This document shows, piece by piece, positions 35,316-45,543 of a DNA stretch of 64,000 nt. Made by a program: the position numbers and the translations under genes. The DNA is taken from positions 1-64,000 of the forward strand of contig NIVC01001449.1 of assembly GCA_002269645.1 (NCBI GenBank). The letters run 5' to 3'. Position 1 is the first letter of the stretch; each line of letters begins with the position of its first letter. The notes beneath the pieces are model-generated. The model did not search any database, had not been told where the DNA came from, and was given only the letters and a program-made list of their open reading frames with translations. Origin of the DNA: Macrostomum lignano (Eukaryota).

Positions 35316-37837
35316 TCAATCAGCCAGCAGCTGCAGCAGCTGCACAGCCGACAGTCTCACCGCCGGGTCAATCTCCGTGAGCCGTTCAAATGCGGTTAAC
35401 CCCCGACATCTCGCAGAAGACGGCAGCAGCCATGCGGGTAGCGGGGGCCGCGTGCCCAGCCGGGAGGACAGCAGGTCGTCAAGAGACTCGTCAATCGAAC
35501 GCTCTTCGTCAGTCAGCCGGTCAGAAGCGCGGCTCACTGACAGGCTGCATGCGGTTTCGTCGGCTCTGCGCAGGAACAGGTCGCCGTGCGGCAGGTCCAG
35601 GGTGAGCAGCTCGTAGAGTATCATGCCGAGGCTCCACATGTCTGCCTTGTGACCGAAGCGATCGGTGCGAAGAGCCTGGAGAGTTAAGATGGAATGGCTT
35701 GTGGGGGATTGGTTACTACTGCTAGTGGCTTTGATGGCTACTGCTAGTGGCTTTGATGGCTACTGCTAGTGGCTTTGATGGCTACTGCTAGTGGCTTTGA
35801 TGGCTACTGCTAGTGGCTTTGATGGCTACTGCTAGTGGCTTTGATGGCTACTGCTAGTGGCTTTGATGGCTACTGCTAGTGGCTTTGATGGCTACTGCTA
35901 GTGGCTTTGATGGCTACTGCTAGTGGCTTTGATGGCTACTACTAGTGGCTTTGATGGCTACTACTAGTGGCTTTGATGGCTACTACTAGTGGCTTTGATG
36001 GCTACTACTAGTGGCTTTGATGGCTACTACTAGTGGCTTTGATGGCTACTACTAGTGGCTTTGATGGCTACTACTAGTGGATTGAGGTGGCTACTACTAG
36101 TGGCTTTGATGGCTACTGCTAGTGGCTTTGATGGCTACTACTAGTGGCTTTGATGGCTACTACTTGTGGCTTTGATGGCTACTACTAGTGGCTTTGATGG
36201 CTACTACTAGTGGCTTTGATGGCTACTACTAGTGGCTTTGATGACTACTACTAGTGGCTTTGATGACTACTAGTAGTGGCTTAGATGGCTACTAGTAGTG
36301 GCTTTGATGGCTACTACTAGTGGCTTTGATGGCTACTACTAGTGGCTTTGATGGCTACTAGTAGTGGATTGAGGTGGCTACTAGTACATAGTGGCTTGAG
36401 GTGGCTACTAGTAGTGGCTTGAGGTGGCTACTAGTAGTGGCTTGAGGTGGCTACTAGAAGTGGCTACTAGTGGCTTAAATGTGGCTACTAGTAGTGAATT
36501 GAAGTATATCCAGTCCACGACTCTACTAGTTATGGCTAGCAATTACTACTAGTAGCAGCCCAGGCCAGCAATAGCAGTGCTGCAGAGAGACGGACAAACC
36601 TCAGGAGCGGCCCAGAGCTCGGTGCCGCGGAACTCCGCGCCCGGAGGAGCTTCAAGCGCATCGCCAGACAGCGGCAGCGCGGAGCCAAAGTCGCACATCC
36701 TCAGCCGGCCGTCGTCAGTCAGCAGCAGGTTGGCGCTCTTCAGGTCGCCGTGCATCAGCTTCTGCTCGTAGTGCAAATAGCGCAGCGCCTCGGCCGCCTG
36801 CGTTGCCATGGAAACGATGAATTCCGAGTCGAAGGGTTGCGTAGGCGGTTGATCGAACCCGTGACCTTCTTCCTGACGTTCCTCGATGGCTTCCATTAAA
36901 GAACGGCCGCCGAATTGCATCAGCAAAGAGGTGGCAACGCCGAGGGAGTTGTCGATCAGCAGGCCGCGGTAGCCGATGATGCCCGGATGCTTCAGCCGGG
37001 CCAGCACGTCCGCCTCGGAGACCAGGCGGTGCGCCAGGGCCGTGTCCGACGAGGGCGCTTTGGCTAGGCGGGGATTGGCCTGCGGGGGCGGGTTGGAGCG
37101 GGACAGGGGGGAGTGAGACACCTGGCTCAACAGGTGTGAAACCCGAGTTTATCGGGTGAGACACCTGGCTTAACAGGTGAGAAACCGGAGTTTACTGGGT
37201 GGGACACCTGGCTTAACAGGTGAGAAACCCGAGTTTACTGGGTGAGACACCTGGCTCAACAGGTGAGAAACCCGAGTTTACTGGGTGAGACACCTGGCTT
37301 AACAGGTGGGAAACCGAAGTTTACTGGGTGACACACCTGGATTAACAGGTGAGAAACCCGAGTTTACTGGAATGAGACACCTGGCTTAACAGGTGGGAAA
37401 CCGGAGTTTATTGGTGAGACACCTGACTTAACAGGTGGGAAACCCGAGTTTACTGGGTGAGACACCTGGCTGACCGGGTGCAACAGTCTGATCGTACTCC
37501 AGGTGAGTAAAAAGTTGTTTAGGATTGATAGATACCGGAGTTTAATGAATGCGAGGTCTAAATTAACCTCTGGTTTACTGGGACAAACACACTGTCTACC
37601 AGAGAAACATTAATTTATTAGATAAGAGTTAAGCTTGCCATGTATAAGGTAGCATAAATTCTGGCATAACATACTCACCCGCTTAGCAGCCCAAGGTGAG
37701 CGATACGGGCTATCGGTGTGAGCTCCTGGTCGCTCTAAGCGGATTACTTCCACCCCAGTACCAAGACCCAGCGGTTTTGCTGGCTGCTGTGGCAGCGATG
37801 CAGGAAGCTGAGCTACTTGGCTGCTATTATCAGACAT
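35316..37837 (-). CDS. PBK: PBK/TOPK-like protein kinase, ~346 aa; exons 37837-37679, 37121-36600 and 35675-35316
   Basis: LGLGTGVEV...RSPWAAKR|VS; HPGIIGYR; LMQFGGRSLMEAIEER...PF; YLHYEQKLMHGDLKSAN; CDFGSALPL; GTELWAAPE|A; KADMWSLG. These match PBK-specific motifs. Both introns are GT-AG, phase 0. Confidence 0.9.
35711..36497. repeat. 22-bp minisatellite (GGCTACTRCTAGTGGCTTTGAT) filling PBK intron 2
   Basis: About 35 tandem copies. Confidence 0.95.
37113..37470. repeat. 43-bp minisatellite in PBK intron 1 that contains the 3' splice site (9 copies)
   Basis: Minus-strand unit ...TTTCTCACCTGTTAAGCCAG|GTGTCTCAC; AG|G junctions at 37465, 37422, 37380, 37336, 37293, 37250, 37207, 37164 and 37121. 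Confidence 0.9.
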
Positions 37838-38770
37838 GATTTACTGCCTGAACTTATGCTGGCAACTGCAAAGATCAAACAGAAAATTTTAAGGCTCAAA
37901 TTAAACAGTAAACTCATAATTATTAATTTCGTTGTAAATGTATGGCACAGGTATACATAGCTATATGCCTGTCTGTCTTTGATTCTTCAAAGTTCTAATT
38001 TCTTCTAAAAGTTCAAATTAGAAGTGGGTCAAATACTTGTATCTGAAAAATAATGGCTTTTAATGCATTTAATGGGTGCTGCATTTATAATCTAGTTAAT
38101 AAGTCCAACCATTTTAGGCCTCTCCTTGGCCAATGTACAATGTAGGATGTACTATTCACAATAAAGCTAAGGAGTTTTATGACCCTCTGTGAGCTGGGCT
38201 TGCAATTTGTGCTGTTGATGGAATTTAATTGTCTATCCAACCAGTCTGATAGATGATCAATGAAAAGAGGGAGGGCTTATATTGAAGCCGGCCTGAAATG
38301 TGGTGCCTTGTTTGTCTTTTTTGCTTTTTGCCTTTTTTGTGGTGCCATTGGAAATCCTATAAGCAAAATAAGCCTAATACCATCATCTTTCTCTATGGTA
38401 GAAGCAATACCATGTTGTAATTTTTCTAGCTTATCTTGCAATAGCAATCTTATTTGCTACATTGATTTGTCTGGTCTGCTTTGGCCCTATCCAACATTTA
38501 TAAAAAAAAATGCTTTCCAAAATAAGTTATAATAAGTGTAAGACCGTGGGTTGAATTGCAGTGAAGAACACAACACGTGAGGAGACCTCACTGGCTCACG
38601 CCAATATATTTAATACCAAAGTTGGGGTGGGTGTAACCACCCCAAGCACGCACACGCTGCAGCTCTAAACGCCATCCCCCAAAACAGCCAGACGTGCACA
38701 TCTAAGTGCACGCGCACCAACAAGCCAGCCTACACTACTTTCCCCCTAGAAGCAAAAGACAGTTCCAGAG

Positions 38771-41700
38771 TCAAGCAAAGCCCGCCATGTACAAGTCAGG
38801 TGGCCGCCGCTCTCTCGCCGACCGCCGCGGAACCGTGACCGGCTCGGCCGGTGCCGCCGGCTGCTCCTCGGGTGCCTCGTCTGCCTGCAGCTCGGGCCAG
38901 AAGGTCACCGTGTCGCCGTCAGGATCGGCCGCCTGCCCGGGCGGCTCAGCGGCGGTGCCGTCGTTGTCGGAGTCCGCGGCCGGCGGCTGGTGGTCTGCCG
39001 CGGCCGGAAGCTCCAGTGACGCCCGTCGCTGCACGAAGCGCTTGAGGCGGTCGTGGTGCACCACCAGCCGGCGCCTGCGGCCGGTCTCGTCCTGGATGCG
39101 GTAATTGACCTCGCCCAGGCGCCTCAGGACTCGGTACGGCCCCTTCCACTTGGCGCTCAGGCACCGCGTCTGGCCGCGCTTGACGACGGAGTTGCGCAGC
39201 ATCACGAGCTGGCCCTCTTCGAACGGCACGAACCGAGAGTCCTGGTTGGCCAGCCGGTTGCGCTCGACCTGGGCGCTCCGCAGTCGGCCGTGCACCGTGT
39301 CGAAAGCGCTCTGCAGGTTCTCCTGAGTCCGCTGCAGGAAGCCGTGATGTCCACCGTCGGCTGCCGGCCGGTCGCCGCTTATCAGCCAGCTGTCGAGATC
39401 CAGCCTCGGTGGCCAGCCGTGGAGGACTTGGTACGGACTGAGGCCGGTGGTGCTGTGCACGGAGGTGTTGTAGGCCCAGGTCACATACGGCAGCTTGCTG
39501 TCCCAATCCTGCTGGTTCTCGGCCACCGTCGTCGCCAGCATATCGCCGAGCGTCCGGTTGCCTCGCTCGACGATTCCGTTGCCACTCGGATGAAACGGCG
39601 ACGTGCGCGTCTTTTCAACGCCCAGCTGCTCGCAGAGCCGGCCGAACACCTCGCTCTCGAATTGCCGTCCCTGGTCACTGTGCAGCACCTGAGGAGCGCC
39701 GTGACGCAGAACCACCGACTTGAGCAGTGCATCCGCCACCGTCACCGCGTCGATCGCCGCCAGGGCTGCCGTCTCCATCCACTTGGAAAAGGCGTCGCAC
39801 ATGCTCAGGATGTACGCCTTGCCATCAGTCGTACGCGGAAGCGGCCCTTTGATGTCGATCTGCACCAGCTGCCACGGAGCCGTCGGCTGGCACGTCGACT
39901 GTAGCGGCGCCTTCTGCGGCTTGGTTGGACACTTCTTGGCCAGGCAGACCGCGCAGCTGGCCACCCAGTTCTCGACGTCCCGTCGCAGACCAGGCCACCA
40001 GCAGCGCTCAGACAATCTCGCTCCGGTCCTGTCGACGCCGAGGTGTCCGCTCTGATCGCACGAGTGCGCCTGCTGCAGGAAATGTGGCCGCAGGTGACCG
40101 GGAATGACTGGCCGGCCACCCACCAGCAGGACACCCGCCGAGCTCACCGAGGCCTCGTCCAGCAGCTCGCGAACCTGCGCCGCCCACGAATCGGACAGGC
40201 TGTCAATCCCTTCGGTCAGTGCCTGGAACGCCTTGCTCAGCAGCGGGTCTTGCAGTTGCTCCTCGTGCAGGCGGCTGTCGTCCCACCGAGGCTGCAGGCG
40301 CGTGCCGGCCACCCGGCTCAGCGCATCCGGCACGACGTTGTCCCTGCCAGGCCGGTACAGCAGCTCGAAGGAAAACTGCTGCAGCGTAGAAAGCCATCGC
40401 GCCAGCCGACCTTCGGGTCCTTCGTTGTCAGCAGACCTTGCAGTGGCCGGTGGTCCGAGTAGACTCTGAAGCTCGGGACACTCAGCAGGTACGTCCTGAA
40501 GTGCTTCAGACTCCAGACCAGCGCCAGCAGCTCGCGGTCGGTCGCCGAGTAGTTGCGCTCGGCCTTGTTGAGGGTGCGAGAGGCGAACGCCACAGGCAGC
40601 TCGGCGTCACCGTGCAGCTGGCTGAGCACCGCGCCGACGGCGAACTGACTGCTGTCGCAGCTGAGCACGAACTGCTTGGTAAAATCCGGCAGCCTCAGCA
40701 CCGGAGCCGTCGTCAGCAGGTCCTTCAACTCGCGGAACGCTCGCTCGCAGTCGCTGCTCCACGCGAAGTCCGTCGATTTCACGCTGACGTCGTGCAGGAC
40801 CCTCGCCGTCTGGCTGAAGCCTGGGATGAACCGACGGTAGAACCCCAGCATTCCAAGAAACCGCTTCACCTCCTCGGTCGTCGTTGGGCTGGGCATGCTG
40901 CGAATGGCATCGACCTTGCCGGGATCCGGGGCAATGCCCTGCTCGCTGATCAGGTGTCCCAGGTACAGCACCCGGCGATGGCCGAACGCGCTCTTGGCCT
41001 TGTGCAGCTTGAGTCCCGCGTCTCGCAACCGCTTAAAAACTTCCGCCAGCCTCTCTAAGTGCTCGTCGAACGTCCTGCTGAAGACAATGATGTCGTCGAT
41101 ATAAGTCAGCACGGACTCCCAGGACAGGCCGGACATCACCAGCTCCATGAGCCGCTGGAACGTCGCCGGGGCATTGCACATCCCGAAGCCCATCTTGCAG
41201 AATTGCATCAGGCCGCGCGAAAGCCGTCTTGTACCGGTCCTCCTCCGCCACCTCCACCTGGTGGTAGCCCTGCCGGCAGTCGATGGTGGAGAACCAGGAG
41301 CATCCGACAAGCGCATCCATGGCCTGCTGCAGGTGCGGCAGCGGGTACGCATCCTTGACCGTGCAGGCGTTGAGCTGCCGCCAGTCCGTGCACAGTCTGA
41401 TGTCGCCGTTCTTCTTGCGGACCACCAGCAGGTTGCTGGCCCATGGTGATGTCGACGGCTCGATGATGCCGCTTTCCAGCATCTGGCCGATCTTCTTGTC
41501 CACCTGGTCTCGCACAGACAGCGGCAGCCGGCGCTGGACCTGCCGGTGTGGCCGCGCTCCCGGCTCCAGGTCAATCTGGTGCTGCAGCAACGCCGTCGTG
41601 CCCAGGTCGTACTCGTGCCTGGCGAACAGGTCCTCGTTGCTCTCCAGTAGCTGTCGCAGCCTCGCAGCATCCGGTTCGGGCAGCTCCGCGTTTATGTTCC

Positions 41701-42478
41701 AACCGACAGGGTTCTCCTGGGCCGCCTCCTGGCGACCGTCCCCGTCTGTCATCGCGCCTTCGAACGTGCCGACCGCCTTGTTGGCGTACAGCAGCACGGG
41801 CTCCTCTGCCAGGTTGCACATTTTCACCGGGATGCGGCAGTCGTCCGAGACCGCCAGCACGCGGGCCGGCAGGACGGCAGTGGACTTCACGAAGTCCTCA
41901 GACGGCTCAAAGACTCCCTGCTCGCCGCTGGAATCCACCTTGAGCCACACCAGCTTCTCGCTGCGGGCGGGCAACTCCGTAGTTGCCGCCACCCGCGCCA
42001 CCAGGACACTCGGCACCAGGCGACAGTCTGCTCTAGCCGGCTCGCTGCTGAAAGGCACAGCTGTGCTGTCGAACCTGACGACGCCTTCTTTAATGTCAAT
42101 GGTCATCGCCTGCGACACCTCGCCGATGAAGTCCATGCCAATGATCAGGCTGGGCTGGATGCCGTCCACGACTGTGAAGCGATGGCACACGCGGATGGTC
42201 TGGCCGATCGAAACATCCGCTGCTGACAGGCCAAGGCAGCGCAGCCGGGATCCGTCGACGGCCGTCGGCAGCGCACCGATGTCGGTGGAGTCGATCTTGC
42301 ACTGCAGTCTGTCGAACAGCGACTTGTCCATCAACGAAACTTGCGCGCCGGTGTCAAGCAGAGCAGGCGCTGACACGCTGCCAAAGTGCACCTTCACGAA
42401 GACTGAAGGCGCTGATCTGAGGGCCCCTTTTGAGCGGGTCGGTGCTGGCCCCAGGCTGCCGACCCTCAGAAGTTTCCC
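38771..42478 (-). pseudogene. pol: Element C Pol (PR-RT-RH-IN), in the -1 frame relative to gag; two further frameshifts near 41215 and 40415
   Basis: LLDTGAQ; YIDD; CDSSQFAVGAVL; integrase HHCC, IDIKGP, SDQGRQF, GNGIVER, and GPY (KWKGPY). Confidence 0.9.
42420..42478 (-). promoter_or_regulatory. -1 programmed ribosomal frameshift signal (G GGA AAC + 6-nt spacer + stem-loop / pseudoknot)
   Basis: Heptamer at 42478-42472; stem GGGTCGG (42465-42459) pairs with CCGACCC (42442-42436); loop GGGGCC can pair with downstream GGCCCT (42425-42420). Confidence 0.8.
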
Positions 42479-43260
42479 TGCGGCTGACCAGTTGGTGTCG
42501 GGCACACCGCGGCGGAGTGACCCTTGCCTGAGCACCGGCTGCAGCGGCTGCCGATCGCCTTTGGGCACCGCCTAGCGATGTGACCCGGCTCGCCACAGCT
42601 GAAGCACTTACTGGGTCCCTTCTGACGCCTGTCTCTTCCGGGTTGTCCCGTTCGCACGCTGGCTGTCAGCTGCTGCATCTGCTGCTCCAGCTGGCTCAGC
42701 CGTCTGTCTTCTACCGACACCGCGGCTGATGAGGCTGTAGTTGCGTGGCTCACCAGCTCAAGCTGCGCAGCTCTGTCGACGATGGCGGCCAGCGAACACG
42801 AGTCCGCGTCCTGGTCCTTCAACAGCGCATCTCTCACGGCAGATGGCAGGAGGCGCATCAGGCGAAACTTCACGTCCTTTTCCCGAGCCGCCACGGAGTC
42901 GTCCGGGCGGGCCCGAAGGTGGAGAAGCTTCAGGCTGTAGGCGAGCTCCCTCAGCGACTCGTTGGGCTGTCGCTTTCGCTCTACAAAATCCTCCATTGCT
43001 CTGTAGCAGCTCAGACTGTTGCCGAAGCACTCGATCAGCTTCTCCTTCAGCCTTTCATAGCTGGCTGACACGTCTGCCGGCTGCTCCCAGACGAAGATTT
43101 GCGCTTCTCCTGTCACCAGCAGTCTCAGCTTCTTTGCCTTCTTCTTGTCGTCCCATTCACAGTCGTCGGCGAAGTCTTCAAACGTGCTTAGCCACATTCT
43201 CACGTTGGAGTCGCCGCTGAACTTTGGAGGCAATAAACTGGCTTGCTCTGATTTGGCCAT
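42466..43260 (-). CDS. gag: Element C Gag, 264 aa
   Basis: ATG at 43260; PPKFSGD...WLSTFE capsid motif; knuckles CFSCGEPGHIARRC and CSRCSGKGHSAAVC. Confidence 0.9.
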   Translation of the reverse strand: MAKSEQASLLPPKFSGDSNVRMWLSTFEDFADDCEWDDKKKAKKLRLLVTGEAQIFVWEQPADVSASYERLKEKLIECFGNSLSCYRAMEDFVERKRQPNESLRELAYSLKLLHLRARPDDSVAAREKDVKFRLMRLLPSAVRDALLKDQDADSCSLAAIVDRAAQLELVSHATTASSAAVSVEDRRLSQLEQQMQQLTASVRTGQPGRDRRQKGPSKCFSCGEPGHIARRCPKAIGSRCSRCSGKGHSAAVCPTPTGQPQGNF

Positions 43261-45543
43261 ACTGAGACCGCTGCCACCAGTGTAAGACCGTGGGTTGAAT
43301 TGCAGTGAAGAACACAACACGTGAGGAGACCTCACTGGCTCACGCCAATATATTTAATACCAAAGTTGGGGTGAGTGTAACCACCCCAAGCACGCACACG
43401 CTGCAGCTCTAAACGCCATCCCCCAAAACAGCCAGACGTGCACATCTAAGTGCACGCGCACCAACAAGCCAGCCTACATAAGTAAGAGTTAAAAGTGTTA
43501 ATTTTTGTATTAGGATATTCCTAGTTATCCTAGACTATTGGTAGTAATTATTATAAGTAATAGAAAAGAGACAGACCTAAATAACATATCCATATTAGAA
43601 TAAGTTTCAAAAACCCATAGACATATAACACTAATGCATAAAGAAGCTCAAATGCATGATATACAAAAACTAAATTATAAAAAAGTGCAATGAAATGCAA
43701 CACTTATAATAAGATAGTATACTATACTTAAGATAGTATACATTATTGTATAAGATAATACCCATTGAATTTATACATGACATTACAAAACATTTAAAAC
43801 ATGATAGATAACCATCTGCATTTTTGTTTCAATTTCTTGACAAGTCAAAACATAAGCATATAACTTAGAAATCAATAACTAAAATATATTTGTCACATTT
43901 TACAATTTCAATAAAAACTAAATGTAGCATTGTTAGTGGATTTCTTTTTATTTAAGTCTGCTTAGCATGCATGCTAAATGTAGCCTTATATACCATAGTC
44001 TAGAAGGTTTGAAAAAGATTTGAAAAATTATGGCATATTTTTGCCCTTGCTAACAATCCTGGTAGGTGCTAATAAACTTATAACTTTTTGTCAGCTAGCC
44101 TAGCTATATAATAAATTCATAAACTGGTAAACTCCTTAGCACAGTACAGTATATGCAGCTTTTTTAGTCCATAGATAAAATAAATAGATTATTTAGTCCA
44201 TAGATAATTCTTAATTATACCTGTTTAAGCTTTTGGCATAGTGTACAAAAGCATTGAAGTATATGACATCATTGCATAAATTACGCTGAACAATCTGCTT
44301 TTAATTTTGAGTTAATTTGCAGTCATGAAAATATTTTTGATTTTCAAACAATATACTAAAACTTTTTAGTATACTTAATCAATAATAAATGTAACTATTT
44401 TGTTTTACTAATTCTTTTCATTTTTTTCAAATAATATAGGTTTTCAAATTTATTTTTTTCTTATGGTATGGTGTAAATTATTTGCTACACCTAGGATTCA
44501 TTATTGCATTGTTTTTGTGCTTGTTAATCACAGTTTTAATTGTCATACAATTTACTAGAATGCTTAATTGGTATACTTTATTGGCATACACTTTACTAGA
44601 TAGTCTGATACTTTCCAGCATATATATAACACAATCCACAATATGGCCATCTTGTGTGTTATAAAATCTACATTTTATAATACATTTACATATATGATTT
44701 GCCACCTACTGATTGGAATGATTGTGCATTTGTGCTCTTTTTTTTCAAACCAAATGAAGGCCTGCAATTTTCTCTAATAGGATACAAATATGATAAAAAT
44801 ATAAGATATAATAAAACTATAAAACAATGATACAAAGAATCTTCTATGGCAACAACTAGGGGTCACGAGATGCAAGTTGTATGATCCCAATATTAATCAA
44901 TTTCAATTTCAATCAGTTTTAATAAATTTAATTTAATTACAAATATTTATCAAACACTTGTTTATATACATACAAATTGAGAATGCACACAAATTTGGCA
45001 ACAGAAATTTAACATGGACAAATTTGGCAAAAATCTAAGCAAATTTGGCAACATATTTTTGTAACTAAAGACAATTAAGTTAAAGTAAACTACATATAAT
45101 GAGGACTTTTTTAAAATGCTTATAAAAGTTTATAAATGTAAAATAATGGCCGCATAAGCATGTTAAAATAACCCAAAAGTGTGTTGTTAAATTGGACTAC
45201 CTATATATTTGAGAATATGGTATGTGGTATATAGGAGGCCGTTTGACACTTCTCAAAGGTTTTTGCTTATTATGAGGCCGCCCAACCTTAAATCAACATT
45301 GCTTAGAAAGGACTTTCAATACTCACAAGGATAAATAATAGATAAAACAAACTCAATTAAATGGGAAAGCTAATATACCCTGTTATATTGAAGAATACCA
45401 TTATACTAAAGGAATTATCCAAATTTATAAATTATATACAATTTTTTTCATTTATTAATTGTTGCCAAATTTGCTTTTGCCAAATTGGTCTATGACTATT
45501 GTAAATCTCTATCGCCAAATTTGTTTGTTGCTAAATTGGTTAG

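Larger units (their letters stand above)
38537..43478 (-). mobile_element. Ty3/gypsy LTR retrotransposon C, 4942 bp, near intact
   Basis: 198-bp LTRs at 38537-38734 and 43281-43478 (1 difference seen); 4-bp TSD TAAG; PBS TGGTGGCAGCGG (43279-43268, tRNA-Leu); PPT AGGGGGAAAGTAG. Confidence 0.96.

Noticed and set aside
39053-42575. Long plus-strand ORFs (283 aa, 430 aa, etc.) antisense to element C pol
   Set aside because: Shadow ORFs expected from GC-rich codon usage on the opposite strand; no motifs
44950-45543. MITE suggested by inverted AAATTTGGCAAC / GTTGCCAAATTT motif clusters
   Set aside because: Could not define termini or a TSD
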